Origin: Camelus dromedarius
Lineage: Eukaryota
Assembly: GCF_036321535.1 (NCBI RefSeq)
Contig: NC_087436.1
Location: 24,430,001-24,494,000, forward strand
Direction of reading: 5' to 3'
Length of the DNA stretch: 64,000 nt
Made by a program: the position numbers and the translations under genes. This document shows positions 25,050-37,888 of this stretch, piece after piece. Position 1 is the first letter of the stretch; the number at the start of each line of letters is the position of its first letter. The notes beneath the pieces were generated by a model. That model was not told where the DNA came from, did no database searches, and saw nothing but the letters and a program-made list of their open reading frames with translations.

Positions 25050-25808
25050 TTGGGGTTATTTATTATTTTTTTTGTAGTGGATTTTCTTAAAAAAATATTT
25101 TTAATTAAAAAACATTTTATTAAGGTGTAGTTGATTTACAATATTACATACATTTCAGATGTACAGCATAGTGATTCACAGTGGCTAAATGTTATACTCC
25201 ATTTATAGTTATTATAAAATATTGGCTGTATTTCCTGTTCTGTATAATACATCCTTGTAGCTTATTCATTTAGTATATAGTGGTTTATACCTCTTAATCC
25301 TCTTTCCTTATCTTGCCACTTCTCCTTCCTTCTCCCCACCAGTAACCACTATTTTGTCTTCTATATCTGTGAGTCTTTCTTTTTTGTTATATTCACTAGT
25401 TTATTTTTTAGATTCCACATGTAAGTGAAATCATACAGTATTTCTTTCTCTATCTGAATTATTTCACTAAGCATATAATACCCTCCAAGTCCATCCATAT
25501 TGTTGCAAATGGCAAAATTTCATTCTTTTTAATGGCTGAGTAGTATTCCATTATATATATTTATACCCCCCCCCCCACATCTTCTTTATCCATTCTTCTG
25601 TTGATGTACACTTAGGTTGCTTCTGTGTCTTGGCTATTGTAAATAATGCTGGTATGAACATTGGGGTGCATATATCTTTTTGAAATAATGTTTTTGTTTT
25701 CTTTGAATGTACACCCAGGAATGGAATTGCTGAAGTGAACTGTTTTTAGTTTTTTGAGGAATCTCCATACTGTTTTCCATAGTGACTGCACCCATTTACA
25801 TCCCCACT
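25050..25808 (-). mobile_element. Younger L1 3' end (ORF2 C-terminus plus 3' UTR)
   Basis: gtagttgatttacaatatt...ttttaatggctgagtagtattccatt; the minus ORF 25612-25923 contains KWVQSLWKTVWRFLKKLK of L1 ORF2. Confidence 0.9.
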
Positions 25809-26909
25809 GGCATTTTTGTTTTGTTCCCAATCTTGAAGGACATGTATATGAAGTTTCAACTTGACGTTTAATGTTTCTTGTAGGTTTTAGTATATAATAT
25901 GTACCAGAGTAAGGAATTTCCATATAATCCTTTGATTTTGCTTTTGTATTAGTTATACATGGAGTCCTATCAGATGCTTTTTCAGCATTCTTTGATAAGT
26001 CATGATTTTTCTTCTTTAATCTGTTAATATGACCAGTTAATTGATGTATTCTCAGGCATTGAACTCTCCTTGCATTTGAGGATATGTGTTTTTCATCATT
26101 TTACTCTGTTTTGCTTTAAGTTAAGGACCTTTCATAAGTAATATGGAGCTCTGATTTCTTTTCTTGTATTATTATTACTTGGTTTTGAATCAAGATTACA
26201 CTAGGCTCATAAAATAATCCAGTTTGCTTTCACTTATTTTTCTTTTCTATTTTCTACAGCAACTTCTATAAGATAGTAATTAATTTAAATTTTTGCTAGA
26301 ATTTGCCAAAAAAGACATTTTAAAAACTTGGGTTTTTTTTTTTTTTTTTTGAGAGGAAGTTTTGGACTACATTTTAATTTCTTTGCTACTTACTATTCTG
26401 TTTGTTCTTTATACATTTTATATAACTTCTTTATACAGTTCATACAGATTTCAACTCTAGTAGCATATAATCGTTCATAATATTGATTTATTATTTTTAT
26501 ATCTATTGTAACTGTGGTTATTTCTCCCCTTTTGTTATGTATCATATATGTACCTTCTTTTCTTGGTAACTCTTGTAAAGGTCTATCTATTTTATTGGTC
26601 TTTCTAAAATCAACTTGTGGTTTTATGAATCTTTATTTTTTAAAATTATTACTCTATATTTCATTTTTCCTGCTCTTTATTATTTCCTTCCTTCTAGTTT
26701 CTTTGGGTTTGATCTGTTGATTTTTCCATCTTTATGAATTGAATGCTTAGCTTGTTTATTTTTAAACCTTTCATTTCCTGATCTCTTAAGTATTGTTCTG
26801 GCTGTGTCATATATAGTTTGACATGTATTTTTGTTATAATTCATTTCTAAATATTTCTTAATTCCTTTATGTTTCCTTTTTATTCCATGGGCTATTTAAG
26901 AAACACTGT

Positions 26910-28110
26910 AAGGGAAAACACATATTAATTTGACTGTATCAAACTTAAAAATTTTGTAGGACAGAGGATGCTATAGACCAACCAAAGTAAAAGTCAAACT
27001 GCAGGCTGGCAGAAGATATTTGGAACACGTATCTGAATTATTATCTAGAATATGTTAACATTCTACCAATCAGTAAGACAAAAAGTGTCATAGAAAAATG
27101 GCTAAGGATAAGAATAGGCAATTCATGGTGCAAAATGTTAATGGCCAATAAGTATATGGGAAAAAAAGTTTATCCTCAGTACTTAGAAGTATGTGGAAAT
27201 TAATACAACAGTGAACATTTTTTTGTCATCCAACAGATGACAAAAATCTTTTAAGTCTGATTGTATTTTATATTGACAGGAATGTGAAAAAAATGGAAAC
27301 TAAAACATCACTGGTGGGATTTTAGACTTATACAGCTACATTGGAGAGAGTAATGTATAAAATTAAAAATACATTATTCTGTGCTCGCTTCGGCAGCACA
27401 TATACTAAAACTGGAAGGATACACAGATGATTAGCATGGCCGCTGTGCAAGGATGACACGCAAACTTGTGAAGCGTTCCATATTTTAAAAAAATACACTC
27501 TTCTATGACCTAAAAATTCTATTTGTGGGTATAGACTGTGGAGAGACTCTAGCGTACATGCTTGAGAAGAGGGACATAAGAATTTTTTGCAGCATTGTTT
27601 ATAAAAGTGAAAAAATGGAAACAACTTTTACTTGCCTACCAGTAGATAATTTGATAAACAAAATGGGGTATATTCATGCACAGGCAGGAATACTTTGAAG
27701 CATCTAAGAGCATAGCTATATTTACTTATACCAATATAGATATAATGTGAATCTTTAGCTAAGAAAGTAATTTTTAAAATGGTATATATAGTAAGATGTC
27801 ATTTATGTACCCAGAGCATGCAGAATAATACCATATATCATTCTGGGAAACACACAGACAGAAGTATAAAAAATAGACTGGAAGAATTTACACAGAACTC
27901 ATGATGGTAGTTTCTTTGGAGAAACAGAATGGCCAGTGAGGACTGGGGGTGGTACCCAAAGATGTTATCTTCACCTGTAATGTGTTACTTATTACGGAGA
28001 AACAGTATCTTCAAGTATAAATAACGAAATGATAACAGTTGTTTGATCTGGATGGTGGGGTTGTGACTGTTTGTTATGTATTTTTGGGGTAACTTCATAT
28101 ATGTTTTATA
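26910..28110 (+). mobile_element. Old L1 ORF2 end / 3' UTR remnant hosting the U6 retrocopy
   Basis: tcactggtggga...ctatgacctaaaaattcta...gcagcattgtttataaaagtgaaaaaatggaaacaac. Confidence 0.78.
27381..27486 (+). pseudogene. Full-length U6 snRNA retropseudogene
   Basis: 106 nt colinear with U6 (GTGCTCGCTTCGGCAGCACATATACT...GCGTTCCATATTTT), 8 substitutions against the recalled U6; 16-bp TSD (27365-27380 / 27489-27504, 2 mismatches) at a TT/AAAAA site; upstream flank is L1, not a U6 promoter. Confidence 0.95.
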
Positions 28111-30673
28111 TCCCCCTCAAAAATTATATGAGATGACTTCCTAAACTAGAACACATATGATTCAGGATTTCTAGCCTGGGATGATGGTGATGTTAAAGAT
28201 AGAGGAAACACAGGAAATTTGTAGATAAAAGACCTTTAGGTACCAGTGGGTTATCCAAATAAAGATGTTTACCATATAACTAGAAATTAGAACGTGGAGC
28301 TAAACAAAAAATAAGTCAAGACTGGAAATGCTGATTTTTGAGTCAGTTCAGAAATATTGGAAGCCCTGGTGGTAAAGGGATACTAACTACCATTCTTGAG
28401 AGAGTGGAGAGTGAAAAGAGAAGGTGGCTCAGGCTCACACTTTGGGAGAACCATCATTTAAGGGTTGTGCTGAAGTGGGCGAAGTCAACTGAAAAGAAAC
28501 AAATTGGAGAAAAACAAAGCCAGACAGTTTATTATCATGAAAATCAAATGAAGGGAAGGATTTTAATAAAGGGTGGTCAGTAATGTTATTTGTTTAGAGA
28601 AGAGTCAGGTGGAGACTAAGAAGAGGTTGCTGGGCTTGACGATTTAAAGCTCTATATTAACCTTGAAGAACTTTTCAGTGGGTAGGTGCAGAAGCTATAT
28701 TTTGGGGGAAAGAAATTAGTTAATTTGAATATTCCTTTTGGAATCAATCAAAATAGAATTTGGCTTATAGTTGCGATATATTTTAGTTAAGAACTCCATT
28801 GTAAAGTTTTTCAAAAACATACTAAACAAGAATCATGTGTTAGTCCTTGTAAAGTTTCACAGGAATTGAAAAAAATCTCCAGAGTATTCAAGATACTGTA
28901 CATTCTCTAATGATAATAAAGAACCCAAGCTCTTGAAATCAGCTGTCATAAATATTATTTAAAATAGAGAGATCATTAACCATTTCAACTCACTTTGCAG
29001 GGTGTCATGCACATATGTGTGCTTAATAAATGCTTTTTGAAGACAACTTTCTAACATCCATTAGAAAGGACTAGCTATAAGAATCAGGTGACAGTCCTTT
29101 TGGAGTGACTGCTAAGAATTAGAAGCAGTGTTTTGCCTAGTATTAACCATACAGTGAAGAATCAAACTCAGGGAGAGTCTGGTCCAGGAATAACCAAAGT
29201 AAAATGCAGAAAACATGAACCTAAGCCAAATCATCAGTTTCAAAAATGGTACATGCTGGATCCTTACTCATTATCAGGTTTTCATGGTCTATAAATGCAT
29301 ATGGCATGGTCATTTATGATAAAATAACTTTTGGGAGTCATGGACCTCTTTGAGAATCTGAAAATAGCCATGGTCGTTTTCCTCAGAAAAATGCACATTT
29401 TGTTAACAAAATTTTGCTTTTGTGAACCCAGTATTAAAAATTCATGCCTTATGAACGCTTTTGTATGTGTAAATAATTTAACTTTGTTGGGTGGTAGTGC
29501 AAAATGTAGCTTATACCCATTCACTACTACTCTCTAATTTCATGTATAAGCAGTTTTGTATATCATACTGTCTAAGAATTCTACCTTTGGTGGGAGTTCT
29601 GTATGAATTGAGAAGCCTTAATTTTTCTCTTTTGTTACATAATTCAGTTGTACTAGGTGTAGTAATGGATGCCTACAACAGAAACTTACTTGAAGTAAGT
29701 GCTGAATAATTATTTGTTGAATAAATGAGTGAATATGTGACTATGGGTTCAAACATCTTCATTTTAATAATATTTTATAAAACCTGACTATTAAATAAAA
29801 CAAATCAGTAATGTAAAAAGACCAAAAATAGAGAATTAAGCAGTAGTATAAGACATATGAAATAAACCATCCTTTCTCTGTGTAAATATATAGAATTTCA
29901 CTCCTGTGTCTATTGGCTATCTTCCAGGATTGATGAACCAAGCTTTACTTGATTCCAGCTTGTCCTTGATAGACCTAATTTTCTTAGAGCTTAGTTTTCA
30001 TGACCCGTTTTATTTCCCTAAACATGTCCAACATACCACACTCCAGCTTTGAATTTCATTGTTAGTTTGGCTGTATCAGAAGACTTGCTTGACCTCTTAT
30101 TGTTATCCCACCATTCACTGCTCAAAAGTTTTTCCCATTTTTTTCATAATTTCTCAGAAAGACACTTAACCATTGCTTTAGCTTTTGACATTAAAACACA
30201 AACCATCAACCCCTTTATAGTTTATAATTTATAAATATAGTAATAGTAAAATGGATTTAACTTTTCATCCATTTTGCAGCTTCTAAGTTTTATAGAAGAT
30301 TGTTTCGTAGAAGTTTTGACCTTGAAATCATAAGATACTGTGTAACTTTGCTCAAATTATTTAACTTCTTGGAGCCTCAGTTTCCTGATGTGTAAAATGA
30401 GGGCACTGGATTAAACTGGTAGTTCTCAAATAACTCTACCATTGGTGGTTAAAGAGCTGTTATTACTAAAATAGGAAATTGTCATTCTTCTCCCAAATTA
30501 TAGGAAGAAAACATTAAATGAATAGAATGTCTCCCTTTGATTCCTACCCATCATTTAAAAAAAAACGTTAAAGCCTGTTGCCTTTGGTATTGTATCTGTT
30601 AGAGCACACAGTTATATATTTGGTTTTAAAGTGTGATATATCTAATTTATGCTAGTCAGGAAAAGCAGTCATG

Positions 30674-30838
30674 GAGGGGAGGGTATGGCTCAAGTGGTAA
30701 AGTGCATGCTTAGCATGCACAAGGTCCTGGGTTCAATCCACAGTCCTTCCTCGTAAAAAGAAATAAACCTAATTACCTCCCCCCCATCAAAATAAAATAA
30801 TTAAATAATACAATAGTAAAGAAATATTAAAAAAAAGA
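30674..30838 (+). mobile_element. tRNA-derived SINE, same family
   Basis: TGGCTCAAGTGG...GGTTCAATCC, A-rich tail; perfect 13-bp TSD AAAAGCAGTCATG (30661-30673 / 30839-30851). Confidence 0.9.
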
Positions 30839-31345
30839 AAAAGCAGTCATGATGTTCAGGTTCTTTATGTTTTGAAAACCTCTAGGTGATGTGGGCTGTA
30901 GGCTCCTTTCCAACCATAACATTTTATGATTCTGTATACTAGATAAAGAAAAATACAAAGAAAATCCCCAGGATAAGCTAAAAGTAAAAGCATTTAAACC
31001 CTATATGGTATTGGAAACAATTGTATGTTTACCTGTCTCTCAAGAATTTTTTCCATCTTGGTTACTACAGGACCATAAAATCATTCAAATAGCCAAGGAT
31101 ATCTAATTATTTTTGGTTATATTAGACTTTATGATAATGATTGTATTTTAAAGATTTATTTTCAAAATGGAGAGGTTGGAGGATAAAAGAACTGATACTC
31201 AGACGATACATTCAAAAAGAAATGGAAAGAACTGCTCAGGACTCTGTAGTTGAAAGTTAGAGATCATTTGTAAACTTTTCCCTTTTCTTTCTTTATCCAA
31301 GCTGTGACATGTGACAAGTTGGGAGTTTAAACTGCTCCTTCCTTC

Positions 31346-31790
31346 TGTATTAATGATCTTTTGCTGATTAACAAAATACCCCAAATTTAGCAGCTTAAAA
31401 CAACAAACATTATATTGCCCAGTTTTTGAGGTTAAGGATTAGGGACTGGCTTACTTGCATGATTCTAACTCAGGATCTTTCATGAGGCCAGAGTCATCTG
31501 AAGGCTTGATTCTGGCAGAGGGTCTGTGTCCTAGATAGTTTAGTCACATGACTGTTGGCAGGATGCCACTGTTCCTTACCTAATGGTCCTCTCCACAGAG
31601 TTTCTTGAGTACTCATGACATGGCGGTTGGCTTTCTCTCAGAGTGTGACCCAAAAGGAAGAGATCAAGAGACAGTTTCTTAAGTTGCACACCATCACTTC
31701 AGCTTTATTCTATTTATTAAAAGTGAGTCATTTAAGTCAAAGGAAGAGAGGAATTTGATTCCACCTCTTGAAGCAAGGAGTATAAAAGAA
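31346..31790 (-). mobile_element. MLT1-family LTR
   Basis: tgtattaatgatcttttgctgattaacaaaataccccaaatttagcagcttaaaacaac...ttccacctcttga. Confidence 0.8.
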
Positions 31791-31869
31791 TTTTCAGAAA
31801 AGAAAATCAGTAGGTACTAAATACATCAAATAGATAAACAGGTCTTATTACCTTGGTGCTTGGGGAGTT

Positions 31870-32080
31870 GTTTGAGAGTAAGGACTCTAGAGTCAGTTCA
31901 TGGGTTCAAATCCTGGCCCTGTGTCCCATGAACTCTATGACCTTGGTCAAGATTCCTTATCTATAAAATGAGTGCAATAGTAATATCTATTTCACAGGAA
32001 TATAGAGAGGAATAAGTGGGGGGAAAATGAAGGTAGAACACTTTGCATAGTGCTTTTATTTTAATAAGAATTTGCTATTA
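31870..32080 (+). mobile_element. MIR
   Basis: ctctagagtcag...gggttcaaatcctggc...tgaccttgg...atctataaaatg core. Confidence 0.75.
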
Positions 32081-33721
32081 CTTTTTTTTCTTACTAGAAT
32101 ACGGCAATTACTTTGAAATTGCTCTGAAGTATCTACCATGCTAACCTACGTATTCTTACTCAGTTTTTTAATTCTGCTTATGAATGCATGCTTAATCTTG
32201 AAGACTTGAGAAATGCAGATGTGTGTGAATGTGTGTATATATACACACATATATTCACATTAACTACATGGTATGAGTCATATTGTGTGGAAGAAATAAT
32301 ACATATATTAATCCTGCCACATTTATATTTTGAATATTTTACCATGTTAAAAATTCTTCAGACTTTTTTTTAATGAAACAATCCATTGAATTTCTTGATT
32401 ATTTCCTTAGGCTAGGCTCTGGAAATAAATTCTTGGATCAGAATATATTAACCTCTTTTAGACTCTCGATTAATAATGCCGCATTGCTTTCTTGAAAGTT
32501 TGTACCAGTTTATATTTCCAGCAGCAGCCTCACCTTACTTTGCTATTCCCATTATAGTGTTATTGGTCTCTAAAAAGTATTGGTGGCTTTTGAGAATAAA
32601 GTTACAGAAGCAAGGCAGAATTGCATTAAACCCCAGGGAATTGTGTTTCTGTAAGTTTTAAATATATAGACATATCTTCCTGTCTTTCTGCATTAATTCC
32701 ATATTTTATATATATATAAAATACACACATGTATAAATATGTATGTGTATATATTGTGAAGTATTATGCAGGAGTAGATACAGCTTTTATTCTCTTGGAA
32801 CTTAAAATACAAGGCTGACATGAATCCATATAATCAAGATGTACAGAAAATAAAATACACAGACAGTATTCACTTCTTAAGATATATCTCAAGAAGCAAA
32901 TTAGGTGAAAGTTACCTATCAGGCTTCATACTGACTCTTGTATTGAGAAGGGTGCTCCTTTTTGAGCCAAGTTAAATCTGTCATCTCCAGAAAAAAATAA
33001 ATCTTTGGCTTACATTACTCTCTTCCCTTTTAAATAAAATACATGAAAATCTGTTAGTTGATAGGAGTGGAAATTCAGATTTGTTAACAATTTCAATGAT
33101 CTGTCTAAAGCTAGCAGTTAGCCCCTTAGTGTTCCTGTTATCATCCCCCCACCTGGAAACCGTCTCAGTTTAAGATGCTTCCAATCAATGGATGGCCCTT
33201 ATTTTAAATTGACTAGAAATAAAAAATAAAAGCTACCAGTCATATATTTTCTTTTTGTCCAATAAGTGGCAAGTTTACCTAATGCAAAAAAGAGGTCCTT
33301 ATATAAGTTTAAGGGGAGCTGTACTTTGGAAATGGCATATAGGTTCTTTTTGGGGAAGGTGGGGATCATGGTGGTAGGGTTAGGGGAAATGACCAAGAGA
33401 ATAAAATGGAAAACACAAAAAACAGAAATCAAAAAACCCCAGTCAGAGGCTATGTAAATCTATTCTGAAGTCACACTGACATGTTGGACAAACTTTTATA
33501 AAATGATACTAAATTAATATTATCACTGGGAAAAAATTTTTCTCTAGTTATCAGCACAGTTCATTCAATTTAGATCATAAAAATTACACCTTGTAATTTA
33601 GAATTTGTAACTACCAAGTCTTTTTTGTGTTTATTCAGCAAATACTGAGCACTTACTCTATAGGAGGCATAGTTTTACGTAAATTTAGTGTAGAAACGAC
33701 TTCAGGGCAACATTTTGTTTT

Positions 33722-33880
33722 AAATTTTTTTTTTAATTAAAAAAATTTTAAATTGAAATGTAGTTGATTTACAATGGTCTTTTAGTTTCAGATGTACAGC
33801 AAAGTGATTCAGCTATATATATTAAATTATATATATTCAGTTATATACAATTAGTGTGTGTGTGTGTGTGTGTGTGTATA
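33722..33880 (-). mobile_element. Truncated L1 3' end followed by a (TG)n microsatellite
   Basis: ttgaaatgtagttgatttacaatg...gatgtacagcaaagtgattcag; TG repeat at ~33855-33877. Confidence 0.75.
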
Positions 33881-34399
33881 AAATTCTGAAGCCAGTGGAG
33901 TACTTTTTGTTTGAATGAAGCTTCATCTGAGTCATTTTATTGGTTTGATTTCCTGTGTTGTCAGTAAGTTAATAGTCACTAAATGACAGTTATCCCCCAC
34001 TTCTATTTTAATATGTACATTATATGCAATAAGGATAGTTTTATCAAAAAGATGTTTAAAAGTAGATGACAATATAAATGAATACGTTTGTTTCCAAATG
34101 AACTAAATAGAAATGCAAGAGGGTACAGAAATTTCATGACTGGCACATTGGGGAGGGATAATCCAATCTCTCAGAGGCTGGCATGTTGTTATTTGCTAAT
34201 GAACACCTGTTTAGTGTGCTCTTTAACAACACTTCTGTAGAGGGAAAAAGACGAAGTCGGTCTTTGAGTAGTTGGAAGCTCCTTACTTTGTCCAAGTAAA
34301 GCTTTTGCATTTTGTAGGTATGACTCTTTTGGTTGGTATTGTTTTAAAGTACAGCTCTTTGAAGTAAACGGCCAAAACGAGTTAAATAACCACCTTTAT

Positions 34400-36260
34400 T
34401 TACAGCCGCGGGACTAGGCATTTGATCTCCTCCAGAAAGAACATTTGACTAATGGCTCTTTTCTAGCGTGGGGACAATTGCAGACTTTTCTTCCGCAGAG
34501 CGTGAAATGTGCCTCTTCCTGCCGAGGGGCCTTGTCTTAGCCGCGGCTCCCGGGACGACTTCCAGCCTCAGGTGTCCCTCCCGCCGCGGGCCGCGGCCGC
34601 TCCCCGGGGCGGGCGTCCGGGACTTCCTGTCTGGGCGCGGGGCGGAAGGATCGCGTTGCCAGCTGAGGCGGCCGCCGCCGCCGCCCCTGCCGTTAGGTGG
34701 TGGGGTTTCTCAGCCCGGCGGCAGGAGGCGGGCCGGCCTCGGCTTCCTGTCGGAGGACGCGCAAGGATCCGGGCGTCTGAGTGTGTGCGAGTGCGTGAGT
34801 GTGTGTCGGCCGCACGGCGTGTGTCTCCGGCCGCGGGTTCCGCCTCCTCCCCTACCGCCGCTGCTCACGGTGTAAGTCAATGTGAAGCAGCAGCTCCAGC
34901 CCCGGGATAAACATGGCGACGTCTCTGCATGAGGGACCCACGAACCAGCTGGATCTGCTCATCCGGGCTGGTAAGGACAGGGGAACTTTCCTCCTGTGCA
35001 TCGGTGCAGCAGGCGAGGGGGTGCACAGAAAGCGGGGAGACTTCCCTGTAGCGGTCAGTGCAGGGGGTACGGTGTCCACCTCAGTCCCTGGGGCGGCCGG
35101 GGGAAAGGGGGGTAGTGAATGAAGTAATGGAGGCGACGAATCAGGAAGTGATCACCTTGGAGAGTAACCTGCCTCGAATCTGGCGCTGTCGCTTCTGGGT
35201 GGGTTTGTGGAGCAGCGGCAGCAGCTGCCGGGCGGAGCTCTGGCAGCGGGTGCTGGGGAACCGAGCCGCAGTTAAGTTGGGGACTCGGGGGCGGACGAGT
35301 TGTGCGCTTCACCCCAGTTGCTGAGGAACCAGGAAGTGAGTGAGGCTGTTGTCTACCGGCTGCGCCTGCCACGCTGTCTGGCCGGAGAGGCCGCTACTGC
35401 TCGCGGTCGGGGGCGGCGGGCTTCTCCGGTGGACGCTCGCCACCCCCGCCCCGTTCTCCTTTCAGACTTGGTCCACAAATCCTCGACTTCCTCGTGGACG
35501 AGGTAGCCCCGGGCCATGTCCGGTAGACCGATACCCGCCAAAAAAAAATGCTGACCCTCCTCTTCACATCCACACCTTGTGCGGTCTCAGGAGTAACGGT
35601 TCTGGAAAGGGTCACTTAATAATGTGGAGCCGCCCGGGGTAGTGGTTCTCTCAGGGGCCCGCCTCCCTTTCCTCATTTAGTGGGCGGCTGTGAAGAAGTA
35701 GGTTTATGCCCCTTCCCTCGTGGGTTGTTTTTTGTGGGGGGGATATTGGGAAGGACATGGGATATATTTTGCACCTCTGACCTGGAGCGTTGGGGCGTCA
35801 GAGAAGAACGTTTATTTTTGTAAACAGTGGGTGAAGGTGGAGGAGTAGGGCGGGCGGGAGAGAGTCTTGGCCCTAGGGAAGTCTCAGCACGGAATTGCCC
35901 CCTTTTCCCCTCCCCCCAAGCCTCCCACCATAGCGGAAGCGCCTCGGAGAGGACAGAACGGACGGGATTGACAGGCCTCTGGTTCCAATCTGCTCGCTGA
36001 GATGTTCCAAATAAGAACGTTGGTTTCTGGGGGCGGGTCTCCGAGCCCGCGCTGGGCCAATGAAGATTGGGCGGGAGTGAAGCTGACAATGTACGCATGG
36101 AATTGGAGGGAAGAGGAGTGTAAACACGGAAGTGGCCGCGGGGGTGGGGGATGTGCAGCGCCACTGCTGCAGCGGAAGGGCACGGACTTAAGTTACATAG
36201 AAAAAGCAGCTTTACTTAATAGCAGACAGCGCAGTGAGGGCCTTGAATCGGCGTAGCAGT
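34400..36260. promoter_or_regulatory. Intragenic CpG island / alternative (NERF-1) promoter of ELF2
   Basis: Abrupt switch to GC- and CpG-rich sequence in an AT-rich intron; GC boxes (GGGGCGGG), multiple GGAA ETS cores; contains the alternative first exon. Confidence 0.92.
34913..34970 (+). CDS. ELF2: ELF2 alternative first coding exon (NERF-1 type N-terminus MATSLHEGPTNQLDLLIRA)
   Basis: Strong Kozak aacATGG inside a CpG island; CTG|gtaagg donor; 58 nt, phase 1, joins the exon at 43495 in frame; spliced CDS totals 1605 nt (534 aa). Confidence 0.93.
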
Positions 36261-37754
36261 GCTTGAATACTGTTTGCTTACTGCAGTAAGCGTAAACGTT
36301 TCTTTCCCTGGGTTCTATGTCACATCGCCATCGTTGGGAATTGGAAAATGGGAAATATTCACCGAAGAGTAATGTGAAAGATCTATCTTACTCTCTGTTT
36401 CCCATCCATTGTTTTTAGGTAGGGAAGTTAGTGGTTTGGTTGGTGAAACCCTGTGATTTAATTCGATTGGGAGAAATCATGAACACAGGTATTTTTAACA
36501 TAACTTTAAAGTCTGAATAAATACAACCATATATATCGTATAGCACATAATGAGTAACGACCTTTTACTCTGTAAAATATAATATTACGTTTCAAAGGTT
36601 CCAAAGAAAAGTCACAGTTTATTAAGTAGTGGTTAAAATACATTTGGCAGTTACTTTCTGGTCAGAGCAAGAACTTAAATTTTAGTGAAAAAGAGGCAGA
36701 GTACAATGAGAACTTAGTCCCTTTGTGTATGTTCAGCCCATTAATATAACATGAATTAAGGGATGGAAGTTTTGGCTTTATATTACTGGTACTAACAATA
36801 CTTCTAATTGTTTGGGTCGGTAGTGTTGAGCATATATATTTCCAGAAATGTTCCCAGTGGTTGTCAGAACCTTAGAATAGTCTATGCAGTTAGAATTTTG
36901 CAAAATACTGTAGATGTAAGAGGGCTTAGTTTTGCCAATAGAAGGTATTTTTGGAATTATCCAAACTGAATGTGACCTGTAGATTCTTTGCTTGGAGTGG
37001 ATGCATATAGACAGGCTACAGTAAATTATTTCTTTAATCTTGTTCATGTAATCTGAAGCTTCTTTACAAGCCCTATTTTAGAAGGAAATTTGAGACAGGT
37101 TTGCTAATTTACCCAAGGTTTACTCAGTGAGTTAAAAGTTGAGGAGGAAAGATGGTCCAGAAAATGAAGAATCATAGGTCTAAATTTTTATTGCTGCCAG
37201 TTTCCAGTGATGTTGGGAGAGTAATGTTTGTAAGATTTGTATTTGTAAAATGGACATAAATGTTAATATAACTACAGTGATTGCTATAATGGGTTGATAA
37301 TTAGTGTAGAATGACTGATACTAAGGAGAACTAGAGGAGATGAACTTTAAGTTGAATATTGTTAGCATAACTTGTTTCTAAGTAAGTGTAAAGCACTTAG
37401 TGTTATCATTACTGTTATGTGTTAAGATGCTAGAGGATGTATTTTTGCTTTTATTTTCCTCCTCTAGAGACTTATCAACTTCAGCTTTAGTTATCAACAT
37501 TAATGCTGTCAGAAGTTGGAGTAAAGATTAAAATGAGTGTTTATTAAAAATCACTTTCATTTTAACATACAAACTTTTTGTTTGTGATAAAAACTTGACA
37601 TACTTTTTAAAACTTTCGCTGGCAGTATGATGTATGAGAAAGCCTTGACCCTGAAGTCAGGAGATAAGGATCTTTATCTGTCACTAAACTAGCTCTTTAA
37701 GGCTTCATTTTCTGTAAAAGGACAGGATTGACTGGGTGATCTCTAATAACTCTT

Positions 37755-37888
37755 ATGTATGTATGCATGCATGCATGCTGCATTGTTTTCTTTAAGTTAC
37801 ATTTTTTAAAAATACATTTTTATTGAAGTATAGTCAGTTTACATTGTTGTGTCAGTTTCTGGTGTACAGCACAATACTTCAGTCATAC
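37755..37888 (-). mobile_element. Extremely 5'-truncated L1 inserted in a MIR
   Basis: tttattgaagtatagtcagtttacattgttgtgtcagtttctggtgtacagc; TSD CTAATAACTCTT/CTAATAACTTTT. Confidence 0.78.

Larger units (their letters stand above)
24410..26900 (-). mobile_element. Antisense old L1 inserted in the + L1, itself interrupted by MLT1 and a younger L1
   Basis: T-rich antisense ORF2-like sequence; the host L1 resumes colinearly at ~26910. Confidence 0.7.

Noticed and set aside
25612..25923. 103-aa minus-strand ORF
   Set aside because: Decayed L1 ORF2 C-terminus fused to flanking sequence, not a host gene
27328..27624. 98-aa minus-strand ORF
   Set aside because: Antisense reading of the U6 retrocopy and flanking L1
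34468..36256. Cluster of overlapping 60-163 aa ORFs on both strands
   Set aside because: Expected in a GC-rich CpG island with few stop codons; low-complexity R/P/G/A translations; only 34913-34970 fits a splice-consistent gene
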